The notes beneath the pieces are model-generated. The model searched no databases, was not told the DNA's origin, and was given only the letters and a program-made list of their open reading frames with translations. Positions 49,706 to 58,232 of a stretch of DNA of 64,000 nucleotides are shown here, piece by piece. A program made the translations under genes and the position numbers. The DNA is from Bacilli bacterium (lineage in GTDB: Bacteria; Bacillota_I; Bacilli_A; RFN20; DUOF01). Where the stretch lies: NCBI GenBank assembly GCA_045128835.1, contig JBGVRX010000029.1:51583-115582 (forward strand). The letters run 5' to 3'. Within the stretch, counting starts at the first letter, position 1. Every line of letters begins with the position of its first letter.

Positions 49706-50368
49706 CTATGCAATTTTATTACAAATTTCTTTATGAATTTGTTCAATAGATTTCATCTTGTTATTTTCATCACACAATATTATGTCCCAATTCAAATAAT
49801 CAGCCAAAAACACCGCATTATCATAAACTTTTTTCATGAAAGATAGATCTCTTTCGTGCAAATCTTGGGCAATACCATCATTTTGCTTTCTTGCATTTCT
49901 CATTTCAGTAACCAAATCAAAAGGGGCAGTCAAGAATATAACTTCATCAGGTTTCCCTATCCCTAATTTTTCATATTCAAAGTCACAAACATAATCAACA
50001 AATCTTTTCCTTTCTTCCTTATTTTCAATAACCGAAGCCTGATATATCAAACTTGATGTAGTGTATCTATCTAAAAGAATCGTTTTCCCTTCATCATACG
50101 CTTTTTTTAATTCGATATTCCACGTAATAACTCTGTCATTAGCATACAAACTATTAACAAAATAAGGCGATAACTCATTTGGTTTACCATATTTCCCACT
50201 TAAATATTCTTCAACACCTTTACCTTGGTATGTATCATAAGATGGAAAATGATGTTTAACAACACTTTCACCTTTATTTACCAAAAATTCCTCTAGTAAC
50301 TTGTATTGCGTAGACTTGCCTATGCCATCGCAAGCACCTTCAACAACTATAATTTTTCCTTTTCCCAT
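49706..50368 (-). CDS. tmk: Thymidylate kinase (dTMP kinase)-like.
   Basis: P-loop IVVEGACDGIGKSTQ. DRY-type motif LLDRYTTSSLIYQA. The start is trimmed to MGKGK, which has an extended -10 TGGTATAAT and GGGGAG RBS upstream. Confidence 0.65.
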   Translation of the reverse strand: MGKGKIIVVEGACDGIGKSTQYKLLEEFLVNKGESVVKHHFPSYDTYQGKGVEEYLSGKYGKPNELSPYFVNSLYANDRVITWNIELKKAYDEGKTILLDRYTTSSLIYQASVIENKEERKRFVDYVCDFEYEKLGIGKPDEVIFLTAPFDLVTEMRNARKQNDGIAQDLHERDLSFMKKVYDNAVFLADYLNWDIILCDENNKMKSIEQIHKEICNKIA

Positions 50369-50453
50369 ATTAACACTCTCCCCACAAAAATTATACCACA
50401 AACAACAATCTATATCACCTAAATAATTAAACAAAAAAGAGAGTTTCCTCCCT

Positions 50454-51047
50454 TTATTCAACAACCGATTTCAATATATAAAAGCCACTGTCTCTTTTAA
50501 CTATTTCACAATTCCCATATACTTCAGTCATCTTTTTCTTTGCACTATCCGCACCTTGATTTTTTCTTATAACAACCCACAATTCACCTTGTTCACTCAA
50601 ATATTCTTTAGCCTTTTCTAAAATTTCAAAAACAACTTTTTTACCCGCTCTAATTGGAGGATTACTTATAACAACGTCATATCTCCCATTAGCTTTTTCG
50701 TAAATATCGCTCTCATAAACTTTACAATTAGAAACGCCATTTAAAATTATGTTTTCTTCACACAATCCTACAGCCCTCTTATTTATCTCTAACATATCAA
50801 CTTCACTATCAGCAACTTTAGCAATAGTTATACCAATAACACCAACACCAGCCCCAACATCTAACGTTCTACCTCTTTTTTCCGAATTCAAAAAAGCAGT
50901 AAGTAAAATCTCACTTCCTTCATCTATTTCATTTTTAGAAAAAACGCCATTGTCGCTAGAAAACTTAAAAGCAAAACCTTTGAAATTGAAATAAAGATTT
51001 CTTTTTTCACTCTTCAAACTATCATCATTAACAAAGTAGTGCCCCAT
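50454..51047 (-). CDS. Class I SAM-dependent methyltransferase (RsmC/RlmG-like small MTase domain).
   Basis: SAM motif LDVGAGVGVIGI. NPP motif VISNPPIRAG. 197 aa. Confidence 0.65.
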   Translation of the reverse strand: MGHYFVNDDSLKSEKRNLYFNFKGFAFKFSSDNGVFSKNEIDEGSEILLTAFLNSEKRGRTLDVGAGVGVIGITIAKVADSEVDMLEINKRAVGLCEENIILNGVSNCKVYESDIYEKANGRYDVVISNPPIRAGKKVVFEILEKAKEYLSEQGELWVVIRKNQGADSAKKKMTEVYGNCEIVKRDSGFYILKSVVE

Positions 51048-51376
51048 TAAATAGCACCTCTATCTTTCAAAAAAACATATAAAGCAACGCCCAAAATCAC
51101 CATAACAATAAACCATTTTAATGTTTCGCCTTTTTTATAATCACACGCTTGGCAATATCCTCTAACTAGTTTTTGGCCACAATGAGGGCATGTTTTTGCC
51201 GCCTTACCTTTTTTGCCACCTCTGCTTCTATATCCACATCTATAGCAAACCCCTTTAACCATCGGTTCACCACACTCTGGACACGAATGAAATTTATCCC
51301 TTTTTCTATAACCGCATTCAAAACAAACACCAGTATCTGAATCAACATAGTGTCCACATCTAGGACATCTAGCCAT
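51047..51376 (-). CDS. Multi-zinc-ribbon protein with a C-terminal TM helix.
   Basis: Four CxxC...CxxC pairs (CPRCGH...CFECGY...CPECGE...CYRCGY...CPHCGQ...CQACDY) then a hydrophobic tail. The start is trimmed to MARCPRCG, which has a GGGAG RBS. Confidence 0.45.
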   Translation of the reverse strand: MARCPRCGHYVDSDTGVCFECGYRKRDKFHSCPECGEPMVKGVCYRCGYRSRGGKKGKAAKTCPHCGQKLVRGYCQACDYKKGETLKWFIVMVILGVALYVFLKDRGAI

Positions 51377-51418
51377 AATTATCAACTCCCACAATACTAT
51401 TATAATCGTTTTATATAC

Positions 51419-51448
51419 AAAAAAAAAGAAAGTCCTCAACGGACTTTC
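51419..51448 (-). terminator. Rho-independent terminator downstream of rplL.
   Basis: GAAAGTCC-TCAAC-GGACTTTC hairpin preceded on the plus strand by nine A's. Confidence 0.6.
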
Positions 51449-51475
51449 TAAAAAGTTAATATTAATTATCTTAAA

Positions 51476-51850
51476 TTATTTAACTTCAACTTCAGCGCCA
51501 GCTTCAACTAATTTAGCTTTAACATCTTCTGCAGCAGCTGGAGAGATTTTTTCTTTAATAACTGAAGGAACAACATCAGTTAATTTTTTAGCATCTCCTA
51601 AACCTAAGCCAGTGATACCTTGGATAGCTTTAACAACAGCTAACTTAGAAGCACCTACAGCCTTTAAGTAAACAGTTACTTCAGAAGGTCCTTTTGTAGT
51701 TTCTTCTTCTGCAGGAGCAGCAGCTACAGCTACAGGAGCAGCAGCAGTTACACCAAATTCTTCTTCGATTGCTTTTACTAAATCATTTAATTCTAAAATT
51801 GTCATTTCTTTTAAACTTGCGATTAAATCAGTTGTATTAATTTTTGCCAT
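51476..51850 (-). CDS. rplL: 50S ribosomal protein L7/L12.
   Basis: MAKINTTDLIASLKEMTILELNDLVKAIEEEFGV and a C-terminal AKLVEAGAEVEVK tail. Confidence 0.95.
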   Translation of the reverse strand: MAKINTTDLIASLKEMTILELNDLVKAIEEEFGVTAAAPVAVAAAPAEEETTKGPSEVTVYLKAVGASKLAVVKAIQGITGLGLGDAKKLTDVVPSVIKEKISPAAAEDVKAKLVEAGAEVEVK

Positions 51851-51865
51851 TTTAAATTCCCCCTT

Positions 51866-52372
51866 TTAATTATTTTCTTTTTGATCGGCAACAGCTTTTA
51901 CAGCACACGCAAAACTCCTAATTGGAGATTGTAAGCAGCTAAGTAACATAGATAGCATACCTTCTTTGTTAGGTAATGTAGCAACTACTTTCATTTCTTT
52001 AGCATCTACATATTTACCTTCTACGATACCACCCTTAACTACTAACTCATCATTTCTTTTAGCAAACTTTGTTAAAAGTTTAGCAGCACCAGTTGAATCA
52101 GTTTTTGAGAAAACGATTGCGTTTGGTCCAGTAAGTTCAGCATCTAATTCACTATAACCAACTTTACTAGCAGCTCTTGAAACAATTGAGTTTTTGTAAA
52201 CTTTCATAGTAGCATCTTGTTTTCTAAGTTCTCTTCTTAGTTCACTTATTTTTTCAACAGTTAAACCACGATACTCTACAACAACTGTAGATGCACTATT
52301 TTTCATCTCTTCACTTACTTCATTAACTAAAGTCTCTTTTTGTTCGATGATTGTTTTATTCACTAACGGCAC
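51866..52372 (-). CDS. rplJ: 50S ribosomal protein L10.
   Basis: 168 aa upstream of rplL with the typical L10 N-terminus. Conserved operon position. Confidence 0.9.
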   Translation of the reverse strand: MPLVNKTIIEQKETLVNEVSEEMKNSASTVVVEYRGLTVEKISELRRELRKQDATMKVYKNSIVSRAASKVGYSELDAELTGPNAIVFSKTDSTGAAKLLTKFAKRNDELVVKGGIVEGKYVDAKEMKVVATLPNKEGMLSMLLSCLQSPIRSFACAVKAVADQKENN

Positions 52373-52565
52373 CTCCTCTTTCTTATTGTTTTATAATAAG
52401 CGTAATTACCTTTTCAATAAAAAACCCCTAAACCAAATTTTGGCGCAGGGGAAATAAATCAAGTTTATTTTCACCTCGGCAACCTTATTAAGTCCCTTGA
52501 CCGTTGCTGTCTTTGGTAATTAAGCATCATTATTTTAATAGTTTAATATGTATTTGTCAACTAAA
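52373..52565 (-). promoter_or_regulatory. Ribosomal protein L10 leader (autoregulatory attenuator) upstream of rplJ.
   Basis: An untranslated stretch of about 190 nt. Contains the hairpin CCCCUGCGCCAAAAUUUGGUUUAGGGG followed by UUUUUUAUU in minus RNA (plus strand ~52419-52452). Confidence 0.5.
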
Positions 52566-53249
52566 TTAGAAATTAACATCAACTTTGATGCTAGGTCCCA
52601 TAGTTGTAGTAATTGTTAAGTTGTTCATATAAACACCTTTAACAGTACTAGGTTTAGCTTTAACAACTATATCATAAATAGTTTTAAAGTTTTCATATAA
52701 TTTTTCTGTATCAAAAGATACTCTACCAATTGTAACATTGATATTTCCTTCTTTATCAGCACGGTATTCAACTTTACCAGCTTTTACATCTTTAATAGCT
52801 TTAGTAATGTCCATTGAAACTGTACCAGTTTTAGGGTTAGGCATTAATCCTTTAGGACCTAAGATTCTACCAATCTTACCTAATTCACCCATCATATCTG
52901 GAGTTGCAACGATTACATCGAATCCGAACCAGTTTTCTTTTTGGATCTTTTCGATCATATCTTTACCACCAACGAAGTCAGCACCAGCACTCTTAGCTTC
53001 TTCTTGTTTGTTAGTGATAGCTAAAACTGTTTTAGTTTTTCCTGTTCCGTTTGGTAATACTACAGCACCTCTAATTTGTTGTTCAGCATAACGAGTATCG
53101 ATATTTAAATTGAAAGCTACATCAACACTAGCATCAAATTTAGTTGTACTTGTCTTTTTAATTAATTCACAAGCTTCTTTAGCACTATAAACTTTATTTT
53201 TTTCTATTAAAGAACTTGCTTGTTTATATTTTTTTCCTCTTTTAATCAT
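52566..53249 (-). CDS. rplA: 50S ribosomal protein L1.
   Basis: 227 aa with conserved L1 segments ([14 protein letters not shown]...). Operon position. Confidence 0.95.
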   Translation of the reverse strand: MIKRGKKYKQASSLIEKNKVYSAKEACELIKKTSTTKFDASVDVAFNLNIDTRYAEQQIRGAVVLPNGTGKTKTVLAITNKQEEAKSAGADFVGGKDMIEKIQKENWFGFDVIVATPDMMGELGKIGRILGPKGLMPNPKTGTVSMDITKAIKDVKAGKVEYRADKEGNINVTIGRVSFDTEKLYENFKTIYDIVVKAKPSTVKGVYMNNLTITTTMGPSIKVDVNF

Positions 53250-53313
53250 ATCTTTCTATCCTCCTTGTGGTTCTAACGGACGAGTTTATCCTTCCACTTC
53301 TATTTTTTATAAA

Positions 53314-53727
53314 TTATTCTTCTACTTCTACGCCCATACTACGAGCACTACCAGCAACAATCTTCATTGCAGCTTCAATGTCGTTAGCATTCAAATCAGG
53401 CATTTTATATTCAGCAATCTTTCTAACATCTTCCTTGCTTAATTTAGCAACCTTATTCTTTTTAGGGTTACCAGATCCGCTCTTAATATTGCAAGCTTTT
53501 TTAATTTCGTTTGCAACAGGACTTGTTTTGATTACAAAATCAAATGACTTGTCTTCATAAGCAGTGATAATTACAGGGATAATGTTTCCTCTCTTGTCAG
53601 CTGTTTTTTCGTTAAACTCTGTACAAAACTTAGGCATTACGATACCAGCACTTGCTAATGCTGCTCCTGGTTTTGCTTCTCCTGCTGGAAGTTGAATCTT
53701 AACAACTTTTGCGATTTTCTTAGACAT
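53314..53727 (-). CDS. rplK: 50S ribosomal protein L11.
   Basis: KIAKVVKIQLPAGEAKPGAALASAGI...PKFCTEFNEKT matches the L11 N-terminus. GGAGG RBS. Confidence 0.9.
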   Translation of the reverse strand: MSKKIAKVVKIQLPAGEAKPGAALASAGIVMPKFCTEFNEKTADKRGNIIPVIITAYEDKSFDFVIKTSPVANEIKKACNIKSGSGNPKKNKVAKLSKEDVRKIAEYKMPDLNANDIEAAMKIVAGSARSMGVEVEE

Positions 53728-53928
53728 ATATTTACCTCCTTCTAAATTTAAGGCTGTGGTACAAACAGAATGAAATTCTTCCCACTGCGCAAAAGTGCAT
53801 TCGCATACACCTGTGATATGATACTATATTCTACAACTAAATGCAAGTATCAATTAAAAAAATATCTAAAATAAAAAAGAATTATTAACCATTCAATTTC
53901 TAGTTAACAATTCTTTGCAAATCAACTA

Positions 53929-54393
53929 TTACTTCTTTTCAAAAACCATGTGAATTATTGAATTGCCTGGGCCTTCTTCAGAACGAATCATACCTTTCTC
54001 AATAAAATATCCACTTTCATACATGTTAGAATCTGTTGCATTATCTTTTGTATAAAAAACATAATCATCTCTAAGTACATAATATTGGGTAGCTAGTTTT
54101 TCTCCATCTTTATACGTCGCCATTGTCGATGTTGTAACATCTAAATAAAAATTATCTTCCAACAAAAGGCTACAGAAAGAATCGTATTGTTCATCACCAC
54201 CATCAACGCAAGCACTTTTACTGTAACGTTTAGTATAATCAACGTACTGTACGCCGCCCTCAGTTCCAAGAACATCAACGTAAAACTCTTTCAAATAATA
54301 CTTTCCTTCGTGTTTAATTTTTCCATTTCCTGTGCTACATCCACTCAATACCATAGCAAAAGCACACGCTAATAACGCAAACATTTTTTTCAT
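53929..54393 (-). CDS. Small lipoprotein of unknown function inserted between nusG and rplK.
   Basis: MKKMFALLACAFAMVLSGCSTG lipobox. About 155 aa. Confidence 0.45.
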   Translation of the reverse strand: MKKMFALLACAFAMVLSGCSTGNGKIKHEGKYYLKEFYVDVLGTEGGVQYVDYTKRYSKSACVDGGDEQYDSFCSLLLEDNFYLDVTTSTMATYKDGEKLATQYYVLRDDYVFYTKDNATDSNMYESGYFIEKGMIRSEEGPGNSIIHMVFEKK

Positions 54394-54478
54394 AGTTTTC
54401 CCTCCCATTGATAATCACATTTTATCATTTAAACAGCAAAAAAAGCAATCTTTGATAACCTTTTTTAACAGTATTATA

Positions 54479-54504
54479 AAAACGCCCCATATTAAAGGCG
54501 TTTT
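54479..54504 (-). terminator. Possible terminator/attenuator immediately downstream of nusG.
   Basis: AAAACGCC-CCATATTAAA-GGCGTTTT hairpin starting 3 nt after the nusG TAG. The U-tract is only partial. Confidence 0.3.
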
Positions 54505-54507
54505 AAA

Positions 54508-55062
54508 CTATTTATTAACCTTATCTACATCAGCGAAGTCAACTTCAACAGATGTTTCTCTTCCGAAGAAAACAGAAGTAACTCTTACAATATTTTTAGC
54601 AACATCTACCGCTTGAATTGTTCCTTCACTACCCATCAATGGACCACGAAGAATCTTAACAACATCGCCAACATTGTAATCAGAATACATATCATCTTCG
54701 ATAACACCAATTCCTTTTAGAACTGATTCGATTTGTTCTTTTGGAACAGGGAATGGTTTAGCACCTCTACCACTAGAACCGATAAATCCAGTAACTCCAG
54801 GAGTATTTCTAACTACATACCAAGCCTCATCTGTCATATACATTTCAATAAACAAATATCCAGGATATGTATTTTTCATTTTAATTTTATCTGTAGGCAA
54901 TCCATCTTTTAAAACTGGAACTGGATGTTCTGCAACAATTACTCTAAAGATGTAATCTTGCATATTCATTGTTTCAATTCTTCTTTCAAGATTTATTTTA
55001 ACTTTATTTTCGTGTCCTGAGTATGTATTAACAACATACCATTTTTTCTCTACATTTTCCAT
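54508..55062 (-). CDS. nusG: Transcription termination/antitermination factor NusG.
   Basis: KKWYVVNTYSGHENKVKINLE NGN domain and a KOW region. 184 aa, downstream of secE. Confidence 0.9.
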   Translation of the reverse strand: MENVEKKWYVVNTYSGHENKVKINLERRIETMNMQDYIFRVIVAEHPVPVLKDGLPTDKIKMKNTYPGYLFIEMYMTDEAWYVVRNTPGVTGFIGSSGRGAKPFPVPKEQIESVLKGIGVIEDDMYSDYNVGDVVKILRGPLMGSEGTIQAVDVAKNIVRVTSVFFGRETSVEVDFADVDKVNK

Positions 55063-55079
55063 TTTCTCTAACTCCCATC

Positions 55080-55307
55080 CTAGTATTTAATTAATCTTAA
55101 TATTTGAGCAACAATCCAGTCATCCAAAACAATGTATAACCCAAACAAAGCAATAACAGTTAATACGATATAAGAGTTTTCTTTTAATTTTTGTTTAGAT
55201 GGCCATCTAACCTTTTTCATTTCTCTAACTGTCCAAACAAAAAACTTAGCTATAGAATAACCCAATCTCTTAAAAAATCTTCCAATAGCACTTAAAACTT
55301 TTTTCAT
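55080..55307 (-). CDS. secE: Preprotein translocase subunit SecE.
   Basis: 75 aa, ...EMKKVRWPSKQKLKENSYIVLTVIALFGLYIVL with a single TM helix. Confidence 0.8.
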   Translation of the reverse strand: MKKVLSAIGRFFKRLGYSIAKFFVWTVREMKKVRWPSKQKLKENSYIVLTVIALFGLYIVLDDWIVAQILRLIKY

Positions 55308-55321
55308 ATTTAACCTCCTAT

Positions 55322-55471
55322 TTACTTACTTTCTTTGTGAAGGGTATGCGCATTACATTTAGGGCAATACTTTATAACCTCCATTTTTTTGCTAACATCA
55401 AATTTCTTTCTAGATGATGAATAATTTCTAGATAAACATTTACTGCAAACAAGTATAACTTTTTCTCTCAT
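55322..55471 (-). CDS. rpmG: 50S ribosomal protein L33.
   Basis: Manual translation gives MREKVILVCSKCLSRNYSSSRKKFDVSKKMEVIKYCPKCNAHTLHKESK (49 aa). This is below the ORF-track size cut-off. C4 zinc ribbon. Canonical position upstream of secE. Confidence 0.8.
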   Translation of the reverse strand: MREKVILVCSKCLSRNYSSSRKKFDVSKKMEVIKYCPKCNAHTLHKESK

Positions 55472-55519
55472 ACAATCAACACCTATTCATGCTAATAAAC
55501 TTTATCACAAAAATCAAAT

Positions 55520-56095
55520 TTAGTCAATTTTTTCTATTATATCTTTTACAATGTTCCTAATTGTAACCATTTTCCTATAAATTAATTGTTTATTTACCCC
55601 TAAATAATCCGCAATTTCTTGATATGTAAATCCTTCAACTTTCATATCAATAATCTTTATATCCCTTTCATCTAATTCTTCTTTGATTTTCTTGTACAAT
55701 TCCGTTTCATAATACATCCTATTATCTGTTTCTTCAATATAATCCAGATAACTTTCATTACCGCTAGAAAAGCAAAGTTCATCTAACGATGCAATCTTCT
55801 TACTTTTACTTAATCTATCAATTAAATTAAATAATCGCCTTTCGGAAGCACATTTAACAAAAAAATAAAAACAGCCCGATTCTTCATCATATCTATCAAT
55901 ACAATTTATAAGCACAACAAAAAGCTCTTGAAACACTTCTTTATATTCGCAGCGAACATTTTGTGTTTTAAAAATCCTATTTATGAACCCGTACAAAAAA
56001 ACACTATATCTTTCAAACAAAAGATCTATGGCCCATTGAAGGCCTTCCCTATATAGACTTATAAGTAAATCATCACTTATTTCATCCAAGTACAA
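55520..56095 (-). CDS. Sigma-70 family RNA polymerase sigma factor (SigH-like).
   Basis: Region-4 HTH GFTYQEIADYLGVNKQLIYRKM. Region-2-like N-terminus. Canonical position in the sigH-rpmG-secE-nusG arrangement. Confidence 0.65.
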   Translation of the reverse strand: MYLDEISDDLLISLYREGLQWAIDLLFERYSVFLYGFINRIFKTQNVRCEYKEVFQELFVVLINCIDRYDEESGCFYFFVKCASERRLFNLIDRLSKSKKIASLDELCFSSGNESYLDYIEETDNRMYYETELYKKIKEELDERDIKIIDMKVEGFTYQEIADYLGVNKQLIYRKMVTIRNIVKDIIEKID

Positions 56096-56106
56096 TAAAA
56101 TCCCTC

Positions 56107-56832
56107 CTATAGAGGAAATCTATTGTTATACACTTGATACAAAAGAACAGCACACGCTACTGATACATTCAAAGAATTTACTTTTCCAACCATTGGTAGT
56201 TTAACTTTATAATCACAATTTTCAATCACAAGTCTTGATATTCCTTTACCTTCAGATCCAACAACAAGACCTATTTTGCCAGCATAATCAACTTCTCTAT
56301 AATCTACAGAGTTGTTTGCTTCTGCTCCAACAATCCAAAAGCCTTCATCCTTCATCCTTTTTATAGCATTATTAAGATTAACCACTTCAACAACTTTAAC
56401 ATTTTCAATAGCTCCTGTAGAAGTTTTCGCTACAGTAGAATTTAACGGACACGCGCCATGACGAGGTACAATAACCCCATCCACTCCCATAGCTTCACAA
56501 CTTCTAAGAATTGCTCCAAAATTATGAGGATCTTCAATGCCATCTAAAATAACAACAAGAGGATTATCTTTACCCGCAACATCACTTAACAAATCATCAA
56601 ACGGATAATAATTATAAGTATGAACTTTAGCAACAATCCCTTGATGGAATTCATTTCCTGCTAATGTATCCAATTTGCTCTTTTTGCATCTAATCACTTT
56701 TGCCTTAGATTTCAAAAGTAAATCCAATACACCCTTATCTTTAAATGTATCTAATAAAAACACTTCGTCTATATCTTTTGCTTCTTTAAGTCTAGAAACA
56801 ACAACGTTCCTCCCATAAATATATTGTGCCAT
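56107..56832 (-). CDS. rlmB: TrmH/SpoU-family 23S rRNA 2'-O-methyltransferase (RlmB-like).
   Basis: VVILDGIEDPHNFGAILRSCEAMGVDGVIVP and GSEGKGIS motifs. 241 aa. Confidence 0.75.
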   Translation of the reverse strand: MAQYIYGRNVVVSRLKEAKDIDEVFLLDTFKDKGVLDLLLKSKAKVIRCKKSKLDTLAGNEFHQGIVAKVHTYNYYPFDDLLSDVAGKDNPLVVILDGIEDPHNFGAILRSCEAMGVDGVIVPRHGACPLNSTVAKTSTGAIENVKVVEVVNLNNAIKRMKDEGFWIVGAEANNSVDYREVDYAGKIGLVVGSEGKGISRLVIENCDYKVKLPMVGKVNSLNVSVACAVLLYQVYNNRFPL

Positions 56833-56877
56833 ATTTCACGCTCTCCTTTTTCTCTAATTATTCTTATATTTGTCTCA

Positions 56878-57594
56878 TTATTCGTGAGATACTTTTAACT
56901 CTATTGGAGTATATTCACTTTCAACTTTTCCAACAAATTCATACAAAGCATCTACGCTTGAATCTCTTTCAAAAACAACAGTTATCTTTGCTACTTTTTC
57001 TTTATTCATTGTTACTACTTTAGATTCCATATCATTAACTTGCAATTTGCAATCGCCAAGCATTTTTCTAATATTCTTCAATAAATCTTCTTGTTCTTTT
57101 ATTGTTAAAAACACCTTTGCGTTGTATTTACTTGATGCCGCCATCTTTCTTTCAAAACTTCTAAGAATAGTCAAAATAACTAAAGAACATATTGTAACTA
57201 ATATAGCTCCAAAATAGAACCCGTTACCACAAGCAAGGCCTATCATTGCGCTCAACCAAATAGTAGCGGCTGTTGTTATGCCCTTAATACTATTTCCTTT
57301 ATCTTCTCTCATAATAGCACCAGCACCTAAGAAACCGATACCACTAACAACTTGTGCTGCGACCCTAGCAGGATCTCCACTATCAAATCCATACATTGAA
57401 ACCAGCATTATTAAACAAGAAGCCATACAAACAAGAATGTGTGTCCTTAATCCAGCCGGTCTTTTATATAATTCTCTCTCCAAGCCTAAAATAAAACCTA
57501 ATAATATTGCCAATAAAATTCTCACTAAAACAGTTAATTCCATGTAACCACCTATTAATGAATCAATCCATGCATCCATAAAATCACCCTCCAA
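56878..57594 (-). CDS. mgtC: MgtC/SapB family membrane protein.
   Basis: LLAILLGFILGLERELYKRPAGLRTHILVCMAS matches the MgtC signature. A C-terminal ACT-like region. Confidence 0.7.
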   Translation of the reverse strand: MEGDFMDAWIDSLIGGYMELTVLVRILLAILLGFILGLERELYKRPAGLRTHILVCMASCLIMLVSMYGFDSGDPARVAAQVVSGIGFLGAGAIMREDKGNSIKGITTAATIWLSAMIGLACGNGFYFGAILVTICSLVILTILRSFERKMAASSKYNAKVFLTIKEQEDLLKNIRKMLGDCKLQVNDMESKVVTMNKEKVAKITVVFERDSSVDALYEFVGKVESEYTPIELKVSHE

Positions 57595-57715
57595 GTCATA
57601 TAAAATTATAGCAAATTATTTACAATTCTATGTACATTTAAATAAATAATTTCCCATTAATCAAGAATAATTAATAATTTACTTAAATTTATTTATACAA
57701 AAATAAATAAATGTT

Positions 57716-57727
57716 TTTTTTGTGATA
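57716..57727 (+). promoter_or_regulatory. Putative extended -10 promoter for the hydrogenase operon.
   Basis: TTGTGATAGAAT (TGn-TAGAAT) about 25 nt upstream of the GAGGTG RBS and ATG. Confidence 0.3.
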
Positions 57728-57752
57728 GAATTATTTTTGTGAGGTGAAGCAA

Positions 57753-58232
57753 ATGATTTGCGAGAAAAATATTAAAGAAATTAAACAAATTATTGAAAAC
57801 AGAAAAAACATAGAAACTCCCCTTATGATGATTCTAAGCGATATTCAAAACAAATATGGATATATAGATTTAGAAGTTCAACAAATAGTAGCAGACGAAT
57901 TAAATTTGCCTGTAAGTGAAGTTTATGGCGTTGTTACATTCTATTCATATTTTTCATTACAACCTAAAGGTAAATATGTAATAGGAATTTGTATGGGTAC
58001 TGCATGTTATGTGAAAGGAAGTCAATCTTTGTTAGATGCTTTCTGTAATAGACTAGGAATCAAGGAAGGACAAACAACAGAAGACGGCTTATTTACTATT
58101 GATGTATTAAGATGTATTGGAGCTTGTGGATTAGCCCCTGTAGTTAGCGTTAACGGTAAAATTTATCCGCATGTTGCTATAAAAGACGTAGACAAAATTA
58201 TTGCAGATTGTAAGAAAGGAGAAATCAACTAA
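57753..58232 (+). CDS. NuoE-like [2Fe-2S] thioredoxin-like ferredoxin subunit of a bifurcating [FeFe]-hydrogenase (HydC/HndA).
   Basis: Cys motifs ...GICMGTACYVKG...CIGACGLAPV. The start is trimmed to the ATG after the GAGGTG RBS. Confidence 0.8.
   Translation: MICEKNIKEIKQIIENRKNIETPLMMILSDIQNKYGYIDLEVQQIVADELNLPVSEVYGVVTFYSYFSLQPKGKYVIGICMGTACYVKGSQSLLDAFCNRLGIKEGQTTEDGLFTIDVLRCIGACGLAPVVSVNGKIYPHVAIKDVDKIIADCKKGEIN

Noticed and set aside
50415-50440. Possible terminator between the methyltransferase gene and tmk.
   Set aside because: The stem is imperfect and short (AGAGAG/CTCCCT with an A-C mismatch). The tmk extended -10 promoter is better supported than this hairpin.
53728-53928. Specific L1-binding autoregulatory structure in the rplK leader.
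   Set aside because: Only loose resemblance (a GGGAAG-containing stem region) was found. I could not define a convincing rRNA-mimic structure by eye, so it is mentioned only as a possibility within the nusG-rplK finding.
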